Shown here: positions 9,381 to 17,024 of the stretch, one piece after another | How positions within the stretch are numbered: position 1 is the first letter of the stretch | Layout of the letters: every line of letters begins with the position of its first letter | NCBI GenBank assembly: GCA_964510215.1 | Contig: CAZEAV010000001.1 | Span: forward strand, 1 to 27,919 | DNA length: 27,919 nt | Direction: 5' to 3' | Origin: an uncultured Iamiaceae bacterium | GTDB taxonomy: Bacteria > Actinomycetota > Acidimicrobiia > Acidimicrobiales > Iamiaceae | Position numbers and translations under genes: made by a program | Notes under the pieces: generated by a model | The model's database searches: none | Told to the model about the DNA's origin: nothing | The model's input: the letters and a program-made list of their open reading frames with translations, nothing else

Positions 9381-9403
9381 GGGTGATGTCTCAGCCGGAT
9401 CCG
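9381..9403 (+). repeat. Imperfect direct repeat, copy 2 (GGGTGATGTCTCAGCCGGATCCG)
   Basis: Matches 7639-7663; first 11 nt identical. Confidence 0.8.
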
Positions 9404-9451
9404 TAAATTGTTCAGCGGCTTCGGAGGGCCGCTGAACAATTTACGGATCCG
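9396..9451. repeat. Perfect 24-bp inverted repeat (hairpin); possible terminator or miniature IS-derived element
   Basis: CGGATCCGTAAATTGTTCAGCGGC (9396-9419), 8-nt loop TTCGGAGG, exact reverse complement at 9428-9451. Overlaps the stop codon (9441-9443) of the upstream minus-strand gene. Confidence 0.9.
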
Positions 9452-11993
9452 AGCTAAGGTGTGCGGCCCCTGACCGTGCCTCGCACCCAGACTCGGCGAT
9501 GACAACGCCAACTACCTGGGCACCAGTGTGGTGTAGGCGGTCTGTCAACTGGTCGAACGCTCGGTGTTTCGTGTGCTCGGACACAACGATGAGTGTTCGA
9601 GCGTCCATGAAGGGGATGTGATGGTCCGGGGTGCCACAGACGGCTTCGTCCAAGTCGTTTGCGAGGCGCCGGGCCACGCCATCGGACAGGTCTGCCACCA
9701 GGCACGAAGTCGGGGCGAAGGCCTTCACCGTCGTCAGGGCGTCTGCATCGAGAACGCTGTGTCGCTCTTGGACTTGGATTCGGGCGACGACATTTGTGCC
9801 CGTGACGCGGGCTACGTCAGCGCTGCGTCGCAGGGACCCTCCGAGATAGCTCACCCGACGAGCGCAGAGCAGACCGACGAGCAGTCCTAAGGCGAGCCCG
9901 CTCGTCAGTGCGACGTTCCATGCTCCGGTGTCTCGTTTGATGATGGGCGGTCGGACGTGAACGTTGCTGATAGCTGGTTGTGCCCGCAAGTCGAGCAGGT
10001 CGCGTTGCACCCGGCTCAACTCCCGACTCAGGCTTGATTCGTGCTTCCTAAGTAGCGCAGTGGCGACTCGTGGGGGTGCAGAGCTAGAGGCTCTCAGCTG
10101 TCGATTGCTTCTCTCATCGCTGCGGATCCCCTGTTGCAGGGCAGCGGCGCGGGACGTCAACGAGTCATCGGCCTCTTGCCGACGCGCGGTCAGCAGGTTC
10201 TCCCGCGCCGCATCGAAAGCCCGGACTGCCGTCATGGCGGCAGTCCGGGCCCGATCGTGACTGGCGACTTCTACCGAGAGGTGCAGGATCCGACTGTTCG
10301 GTGTGGCTGTGACACTGATACCAGCGTCGGCTGCCTCGGAATTCGACACCTGTCGCGTAGCTTCGATCACGGTTCCCGACTTCGCCAACTGTGCCAGCGT
10401 GTCCATGGTCAGGTTGCCCTGGGTGGCCGAGACCGAGCCGCTTTCGTTCGGCACCCAAATGTCGACCGTGGCTTTCGTAGGCGTGCCCGAGACTAACTGC
10501 CACGTGGCCCCACCACCAATCCCGACGAGTGAACAAATTGCCAATACGCCAACGTGTCGGCGAAAAAGAGAGCTACGACGATAGCGCGACAGACTTGTGA
10601 CCACTGGGCGAGAACGCGCCACAGGCGCACGATTTTCCCGCCACACGAGCGCGATTGCGATGAAGATAACCAAGAGCCCCATGCCCAATGAGTTGTAAAA
10701 GGGCATCGTTACAAAGCCAGCCAATATCACGCACAGTGCTGTGGTGGTTGAGGGTGAACGTGATCTGACGTTCCGGAGAAAAGAAAGACCAATAAATGTG
10801 ATGTAAAATCCTGCGCCTATGACACCTTGAGTGAAGAGAATCAACCACAATTGACCCTGAGTCCCCAGAGACGGTGGGCTGCAGTGATCACATATAGCCG
10901 ACGAGCCGCCAGCAATCGTATTGAAGTTTCCTTGCACCTGCCGTGTGGTCCCATAGCCGACTATGGGTGACTTCTCCAGCATACTCGTCATTGTCAACGA
11001 AGCGAGGTTAGTGCGCGCTTGATTGCTGTTGTGCGCATCGCCGGTTAGCCGCTGCTGGACAACGTTTCCCAGTGGGCTTAAAGCAATACCAACCCCTCCG
11101 ATGCCTAGTGCCAGCACCATGGCAATTAAGATGGCAGGCCGACCTGTTAGGGCGGAGCGGATGGCGAGAAATGCTCCAAGCACCAACAGCCCAAGCCACA
11201 TGCCGCGGTTTGCCGAGTAAATGACGGGAATGGCCGAAAGGGCAAGAATAACGGGCGCGAGAAAACGCCTCCATTCGGAGTCTCGGCCGGTCCACGCTTT
11301 GATGAAGAAGGGCACGAGTACGAGATACGCCAGGCCCCACGTGTTGGTGTAGGTGAATGGTGCACTTGGCCGCGGAGCCTCGTGGCCCAATACCGTCATC
11401 ACTTGCGCCAGGTTGGGATGGATTTGAGCGTGCACAAACTCCTGAGTGGCAATGGCCCTGGGGAGGACAAGCTCCAAAGCGGACTTGAGCTGTACGTCGG
11501 GGAAGAACGTGCCTGCAAGGCCGCCCGCAACCACGAAGATGAACATCCAGGACAATATGCGATATATTCTCTGAGCGGGAAGGTGGTCGCGGTTGTTTCC
11601 GACATAAAGTAGGGCGACTGTTGCTGAGACGTAAAGAGATAACCGGTAAGCCCACGTGAGGTAGCGTGCGTGGCTCACCCCCGGCACCGCCCCAGGAGCA
11701 TTGGCCTGAAGGACAAACACGCCGGCCACGACCCACAGCAAGAACAGGAGCCAACAGGCGAAGTGTGAGGGCCACGCAACTCGTGGGTGCTTGATGAGGT
11801 TGACGCCCATCGGGATCGCGATGGCAACCATGACTACCTCTTGGACGCCAAGGATCCACCACAACGGGAAGCCGACGAACAGGAGCGCTACGGGCCAACC
11901 GGGCCGTCGGAACCACCCCAGGACGCGCGCGACCGCATCCGTGTCCGTCGAAGGAGGGATGTGGCGCATAGGCTGAGCGGTGAGTAGCGCCAA
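9441..11993 (-). CDS. Wzy/O-antigen-ligase-family polymerase fused to a C-terminal Wzz/Wzc-like co-polymerase domain
   Basis: N-terminal multi-TM domain with GWPVALLFVGFPLWW, RPSAPFTYTNTWG, SANRGMW and GTQGQLW. From about 10604 follows TM - coiled coil - TM - degenerate Wzc tail (GAQVVGVVIAE) with no intervening stop. Start uncertain: TTG 11993 (GAGGAG upstream) or ATG 11969; the ORF-track start 12215 overlaps the divergent gene. Confidence 0.8.
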   Translation of the reverse strand: MALLTAQPMRHIPPSTDTDAVARVLGWFRRPGWPVALLFVGFPLWWILGVQEVVMVAIAIPMGVNLIKHPRVAWPSHFACWLLFLLWVVAGVFVLQANAPGAVPGVSHARYLTWAYRLSLYVSATVALLYVGNNRDHLPAQRIYRILSWMFIFVVAGGLAGTFFPDVQLKSALELVLPRAIATQEFVHAQIHPNLAQVMTVLGHEAPRPSAPFTYTNTWGLAYLVLVPFFIKAWTGRDSEWRRFLAPVILALSAIPVIYSANRGMWLGLLVLGAFLAIRSALTGRPAILIAMVLALGIGGVGIALSPLGNVVQQRLTGDAHNSNQARTNLASLTMTSMLEKSPIVGYGTTRQVQGNFNTIAGGSSAICDHCSPPSLGTQGQLWLILFTQGVIGAGFYITFIGLSFLRNVRSRSPSTTTALCVILAGFVTMPFYNSLGMGLLVIFIAIALVWRENRAPVARSRPVVTSLSRYRRSSLFRRHVGVLAICSLVGIGGGATWQLVSGTPTKATVDIWVPNESGSVSATQGNLTMDTLAQLAKSGTVIEATRQVSNSEAADAGISVTATPNSRILHLSVEVASHDRARTAAMTAVRAFDAARENLLTARRQEADDSLTSRAAALQQGIRSDERSNRQLRASSSAPPRVATALLRKHESSLSRELSRVQRDLLDLRAQPAISNVHVRPPIIKRDTGAWNVALTSGLALGLLVGLLCARRVSYLGGSLRRSADVARVTGTNVVARIQVQERHSVLDADALTTVKAFAPTSCLVADLSDGVARRLANDLDEAVCGTPDHHIPFMDARTLIVVSEHTKHRAFDQLTDRLHHTGAQVVGVVIAESGCEARSGAAHLSSDP

Positions 11994-12132
11994 GTCCCTC
12001 TCCTCGTGCTGCTGGTCCACGGACAGCGTAGGAAGGTCGGGCCGGTGGTGCAGGGTTATGGAAAAATTTGCCTCCGAGCCGCTGGCTTCCTCCGTTCCGG
12101 GTACAAGACCTGCGCGCCCCAGATAACGTGCC

Positions 12133-14130
12133 ATGGTGTGCCGTCGGAGGTACGTGTCAGGCGAACGAGAGGGTGGGTTGAGAGTGGCCGTGGACCTGGT
12201 GAAGGGGGCGTGCACAGACTCAGCACCGACCGTGATCTACATCGCTGGGTCAGGTCGTTCGGGCAGCACCCTGCTAGAGCGGACCCTCGGGGAGATCCCA
12301 GGCTTTGTCAACGTCGGTGAACTCATCGATGTCTTCCGGCAGGTCATCGCAGACGATGAGATGTGTGGATGCGGGCAGCCCTTTCTTGAGTGTCCGTTCT
12401 GGACTGCGGTAGGGAAGCGCGCCTACGGCGGCTGGGCTGAGGATGGAGCGCGTGACCATGCGCGCCTGCAACAGCAGCTCGTGCGGCAGCGCCGGATTCC
12501 TCAGCATCTCCTCCCGCGCCCCCGGGTGAGCCAACGATCACCCATCGGCCTGTATGGGGAGTGGAGTAGGGCGCTATACGCGGCTATTGCTGAGGAGTCC
12601 GGGGCCGGCCTCGTGGTCGATGCCAGCAAGTGGCCGTCTCAGGCGCTGGCTCTTTCTCGTGCGGGGATCGACGTCAGGGTCATCTACTTGGTCCGCGACC
12701 CCAGAGGGGTCGCCTATTCCCACGCAAAAAGCAATGTAGAGCGGCCACACTCGCATTCTCATCAAACCACGATGTGGCACATCGGGCCCAAGAGGGCTGC
12801 TTTGAATTGGCGCCTCATAGACGCGGAGATCAAAGCCCTTGGTGTGGCGAGAACACCAATCTCTCGAGTCCGCTACGAAGACTTCGTCAAGTACCCGGCG
12901 CGAGAAGTGTCGCGTGCGCTGGAGGAACTTGGCCTGAGCCAGTCCGAAGCGGGCGTACAACACATTCACGGTGGAGCCATAATGCTTGGGTCCAGCCATG
13001 GTGTCTCGGGGAACCCTTCTCGATTCCGTGCCGGTGAGATAAGAGTACGAGCGGATGAAGAGTGGCGCTCGAAAATGCCGTGGCGCGACAGGATCGCTGT
13101 GTCAGCCATCACGTTCCCTGAAACCCTGTTGGTGCGGAGGCGTGCCAGGGGCGAACAGTTGAAGCGCTCCACAGCGGAGAGCCCCCGGCCTTCTGAGCCA
13201 GAGAGTGCAACTGAGCCACTGCCCTGCGTGTCCGTTCTCCTCCCTACACACGGTCGACCGGAGTTGGTTCGGCAGGCAATCCGTGGAGTCATGGACCAGA
13301 CCTATGAAGGGGAAATCGAGTGCTTGGTCATCCATGACCGGGAACCCGCGGACCACCTTCTGAGGGAACTGGGCGAACCAGGCCGAGAGGTGAAGGTGCT
13401 GTCAAACCAGCACGGAGCAGGCTTGGCGGGAGCGCGTAACACCGGTGTCGATCACGCCAGTGGAGCGCTCATAGCCACGTGCGATGATGATGACCGATGG
13501 CACCCCGAAAAGTTGAAGCTTCAGGTCCAGCACCTTCTCACACACAAGGATTTGCTGCTGGTTGGCTCTGGACTGAGGTTGGTCAGCGAAGGCAAGGAGC
13601 CCGTCGACTGGCCAGGACGGTCCGACACCGTCTCCCGTGAGTCCCTGCTTCGGAATCGCGTGAAGGAACTGCACTCGTCCAGTCTCCTGATGTGGCGAGA
13701 TGCCTACGCCAAGGTGGGGCGTTATGACGAAGGGCTCCCAAACGGTTACGGGGAGGACTACGACTGGGTGCTCCGTGCGTCCCGCGTGGGCCGCATCGGC
13801 ATCGTCCGGCAGGTCTTGGTGGACATCCGCAGGGGTGAGTCCTACTACACGGATCGCTACGCCAACACGCTTGCAGGACTCGAGGCGTTCTTGGAGAAGC
13901 ATCCTGAAATACGTGGATCGCGTCGTGGCTACGCTCGGATACTCGGACAGATCGCCTTCGTCCGGTCGTGCCTCGGGCAACGCCGTGCAGCCCTCGGGGG
14001 CTCGCTCAAGAGCATGTATCAGTGGCCGGTCTCGCCGTATCCTCTAATCGCTCTCGCTCATGCCATATCTGGAGCGGATGCGGCACGTATGCGCCGGTTG
14101 GCCGCTCGATTCGGCCGCGAACTGGTGTGA
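12133..14130 (+). CDS. Bifunctional sulfotransferase - GT2 glycosyltransferase fusion
   Basis: N-terminal PAPS motifs YIAGSGRSGSTLL (5'-PSB), LVRDPRGVAYS (3'-PB) and RYEDF. C-terminal GT-A domain VSVLLPTHGRP, CDDDDRWHPEKL, GEDYDW. True start is probably one of the GTGs at 12184-12199. Confidence 0.85.
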   Translation: MVCRRRYVSGEREGGLRVAVDLVKGACTDSAPTVIYIAGSGRSGSTLLERTLGEIPGFVNVGELIDVFRQVIADDEMCGCGQPFLECPFWTAVGKRAYGGWAEDGARDHARLQQQLVRQRRIPQHLLPRPRVSQRSPIGLYGEWSRALYAAIAEESGAGLVVDASKWPSQALALSRAGIDVRVIYLVRDPRGVAYSHAKSNVERPHSHSHQTTMWHIGPKRAALNWRLIDAEIKALGVARTPISRVRYEDFVKYPAREVSRALEELGLSQSEAGVQHIHGGAIMLGSSHGVSGNPSRFRAGEIRVRADEEWRSKMPWRDRIAVSAITFPETLLVRRRARGEQLKRSTAESPRPSEPESATEPLPCVSVLLPTHGRPELVRQAIRGVMDQTYEGEIECLVIHDREPADHLLRELGEPGREVKVLSNQHGAGLAGARNTGVDHASGALIATCDDDDRWHPEKLKLQVQHLLTHKDLLLVGSGLRLVSEGKEPVDWPGRSDTVSRESLLRNRVKELHSSSLLMWRDAYAKVGRYDEGLPNGYGEDYDWVLRASRVGRIGIVRQVLVDIRRGESYYTDRYANTLAGLEAFLEKHPEIRGSRRGYARILGQIAFVRSCLGQRRAALGGSLKSMYQWPVSPYPLIALAHAISGADAARMRRLAARFGRELV

Positions 14131-14138
14131 GGAAACGT

Positions 14139-14987
14139 ATGATCAACGTTCGACGACTCGTGCCCACGCGTCTACACAGCGTCGTGGAGCGCAGTTATCT
14201 GCAACTCGGTCGCGCGACGCCAGCTATCCGGATGAAGCCATCGTTCGTGATGGTTGGTGCATCGCGGTCTGGAACCACCTCTCTCTTCCGAACTCTTTCG
14301 ACGCATCCACAAGTCTTGCGGCCTGCGGTGAGCAAGGGTGTTCGGTACTTTGACCTCAACTTCGCGCAGCCCCGATCTTGGTACTATGGTCACTTTCCGG
14401 TCTCGCGCCCATCTCGGAGATCCGGCTGCGTCACCTTTGAAGCCAGCGGCTATTATCTCTTCCATCCTTTTGCCATCGAGCGTCTCGCGCAAGAGCTACC
14501 GGACGTACGAATCGTTGTCATGCTCCGGAACCCGGTTAATCGCGCGTTTTCGAGTTGGAAACACGAGTCGTCTCGGGGGTATGAGTGGGAGACCTTCGAG
14601 CGCGCTCTAGAACTCGAGGATGACCGTCTGGCGGGGGAAGTCGCCCGCATGGCTTCTGATGTGACGTACGAGAGTTTTTGCCATAGGCACCAGGCGCATC
14701 GAAGCCGGGGCCAATACGCCGAGCAGCTGGAGCGAGTCTTTGCCCACTTCGGTCGCGAGCAGGTGCACGTCGTCATGAGCGAGCGCTTCTTTAGGTGCCC
14801 AGCCAAGGAGTATGCACGGTTGCTGGAGTTCCTTGAACTTGACATGTGTGTCCCCAAGGACTTCCGTCAGCACAACGCTGAGCCGAGCTCTCCGATGTCC
14901 AAGGACGTGCAGCACGCTTTGGAAGTGCACTATCGCCCATACAACCTTGACCTGGAAGACGTCCTTCACGACCGCGTACCGTGGTAG
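14139..14987 (+). CDS. Sulfotransferase, heparan-sulfate sulfotransferase-like subfamily
   Basis: VGASRSGTTSLFRTLSTHPQV, KGVRYFD, FEASGYY, MLRNPVNRAFSSW. Start moved to ATG 14139 (GAGG at 14129); the 13968 start overlaps the previous CDS. Confidence 0.9.
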   Translation: MINVRRLVPTRLHSVVERSYLQLGRATPAIRMKPSFVMVGASRSGTTSLFRTLSTHPQVLRPAVSKGVRYFDLNFAQPRSWYYGHFPVSRPSRRSGCVTFEASGYYLFHPFAIERLAQELPDVRIVVMLRNPVNRAFSSWKHESSRGYEWETFERALELEDDRLAGEVARMASDVTYESFCHRHQAHRSRGQYAEQLERVFAHFGREQVHVVMSERFFRCPAKEYARLLEFLELDMCVPKDFRQHNAEPSSPMSKDVQHALEVHYRPYNLDLEDVLHDRVPW

Positions 14988-15171
14988 CCCGCGTTGGTAG
15001 CGTTGAAACCCGGCGCCTTTCAGCTCGAATACGTCTGTGTGCCAGCGATTTTGTGCAAAGTGAGGACGCGCTGTCAGTAGGGCGGGTAGCGTTTGCGGCA
15101 TGCCAAACCAGACTCTGCTCAGGCAGTGCCAGGCACTCATCCATCCCCGTCGTTGAGGAGAGACGACCAGA

Positions 15172-16098
15172 ATGAAACGCGCAGTTGTGACCGGGGGAGC
15201 GGGCTTCATCGGCTCTCACGTCGTGGATCTGCTGAGTCAGGCCGGGACGGATGTACTGGTCTTCGACAATTTCAGCTTGGGCAAACATGAGCATTTGGAA
15301 GAGGCGGCGGCGACGGGACGGGTGACCGTGGTCGAGGGCGACGTCCGTAGCCGACGTGACCTCCGCTCCGTATCGGACTTTGAGCCCGATGCCGTCTTCC
15401 ACATGGCCGCTTTGCACTTCATTCCGTACTGCATCGCGCACCCGACCGAGGCCCTGGATGTGAATGTGCTGGGCCTTGAAGAGGTAGTCCGGGCCAGCAC
15501 GACACCAGCGCTCAGCAGCTTCACCTTTCCGTCGAGCGGCGCCACCTATGGGTTCGGTGACGAAGCGTGGACTGAGGCGTCGGACCTGCATCCCGAGGAG
15601 ATCTACGGGCTGTCAAAATGGCTGGGCGAGAAGGTTATTCGCCGATTCCACGACGATCGCCCAGACGTCAGAATGGTGATCGCCCGGCTTTTCAACGCCT
15701 ACGGCCCGCGGGAAACGAACCCGCATGTGTTGCCGGAGATCATCAAACGCATGAAGGCTGACGAAACGCTTGAGTTGGGAAATCTGTGGCCAAAGCGTGA
15801 TTTGATCTTCGTGCGAGACATCGCGAGTGGCTTGGTGATGGCAGCTCAGGTCGCGAGCTCCACGCTTGAGACGTACAACGTTGGTACTGGTGTCGGCACC
15901 TCTATCGGCGACGTCATCGCGACCATAGAGCGAATCATCGGTTCCCAACTGGATGTCGAGCAGGTCGCTCATCGGATGCGGGATGGGGACGGCCATCTGC
16001 TTGGTGACGCTACAAGGCTAAGAGAGATCGGGTGGCGACCCGAATACGATCTCGAGGAGGGTCTTCGAGATCTGTTGAAGTGGGAGGGTTTGGTATGA
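15172..16098 (+). CDS. NAD-dependent NDP-sugar epimerase/dehydratase (extended SDR)
   Basis: TGGAGFIGS, SSGATYG, YGLSK catalytic motif, RLFNAYGP. Confidence 0.95.
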   Translation: MKRAVVTGGAGFIGSHVVDLLSQAGTDVLVFDNFSLGKHEHLEEAAATGRVTVVEGDVRSRRDLRSVSDFEPDAVFHMAALHFIPYCIAHPTEALDVNVLGLEEVVRASTTPALSSFTFPSSGATYGFGDEAWTEASDLHPEEIYGLSKWLGEKVIRRFHDDRPDVRMVIARLFNAYGPRETNPHVLPEIIKRMKADETLELGNLWPKRDLIFVRDIASGLVMAAQVASSTLETYNVGTGVGTSIGDVIATIERIIGSQLDVEQVAHRMRDGDGHLLGDATRLREIGWRPEYDLEEGLRDLLKWEGLV

Positions 16099-16982
16099 GC
16101 ACGTCAGAGGTTCAGGAGACATCGCCGCCTTCGGGCGAGGACGCCGACATGACGGTCAGCGGTCTATCGAGAGAGTTGGGAGCGGCATACCGGGCCCGCA
16201 AGCACGACTTCCTCGGAATCGGCCTGTCATGTCTTTCAGATGAGCAGTTCGTCGAGGCGGTCCGTGAAGCGGTCGCCACTCGCTCACGCCTTCTGGTGTC
16301 GTTTGTGAACCCTGACTACGTGTTGCGCGGGCACAGGACGCCTGGGCTGGTTGCCAAAATGAATCTGTTCGACATTGTCCTGCCCGATGGGTGGGGAATC
16401 GTCATGGGCGGTAGATGGTTAGGCCTTCCTGTGCCAGACCGGCAGGGCAACGACGACATTTGCCCCAAGGTCTTCCAATTGTCCGCTGACAAGGGTTATT
16501 CAAACTTCCTGTTTGGTTGCGCCGAAGGGGTGCCTGAGAAAGCAGCCAGAAACTTGATGGACACCTTCCCCGGCCTGCCGATTGCTGGGGCGCTGCACGG
16601 GTATTGGGATGTCAAGCGTGGACATCCGGGACGCTATGATTCGGACGATGTCGACATGATGGTCGACAAGATCAACGCGTCGGGCGCGGATGTTCTCCAT
16701 GTGTCGATTCCAACGCCGATGCAACAGGAGTGGGTCGCCCAAGTCGTTGAGAGGCTCAATGTCCCCGTGATTATCACGGGGGGTAGTTACCTCGACCACC
16801 TCGCCGAACGGGTCTATTGGTATCCGGGATGGGCCAACAAGCTCAGAATGGGCTGGTTCTACCGGCTCACCCGAGAGCCTGGTCGTTTGTGGAAGCGATA
16901 TTCACTGGATCTGATGGCCTACGGAAAGATGGTTCTGCGGGAGAAGCGCCGGCTTGGCCGAGGCTCGTCCCGGAACTCTTAG
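16095..16982 (+). CDS. WecB/TagA/CpsF-family glycosyltransferase (GT26)
   Basis: FVNPD, LPDGWGIV, FLFGCAEGV, LHVSIPTPMQQEW, GWFYRLTREPGRLWKRY. ATG 16095 overlaps the upstream TGA (ATGA), indicating translational coupling. Confidence 0.92.
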   Translation: MSTSEVQETSPPSGEDADMTVSGLSRELGAAYRARKHDFLGIGLSCLSDEQFVEAVREAVATRSRLLVSFVNPDYVLRGHRTPGLVAKMNLFDIVLPDGWGIVMGGRWLGLPVPDRQGNDDICPKVFQLSADKGYSNFLFGCAEGVPEKAARNLMDTFPGLPIAGALHGYWDVKRGHPGRYDSDDVDMMVDKINASGADVLHVSIPTPMQQEWVAQVVERLNVPVIITGGSYLDHLAERVYWYPGWANKLRMGWFYRLTREPGRLWKRYSLDLMAYGKMVLREKRRLGRGSSRNS

Positions 16983-17024
16983 CCATCACAATGGCCGGGC
17001 CTGGCATGCGAAAGCTGGGGTGGA

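Noticed and set aside
11994-12215. ORF-track start of the Wzy fusion at 12215, overlapping the divergent sulfotransferase-GT2 start
   Set aside because: The extension is non-homologous-looking; downstream starts with RBSs leave a normal divergent promoter gap.
13968-14138. Long overlap between the ST-GT2 and second sulfotransferase ORFs
   Set aside because: ATG 14139 with GAGG, 8 nt after the upstream stop, is the more plausible start.
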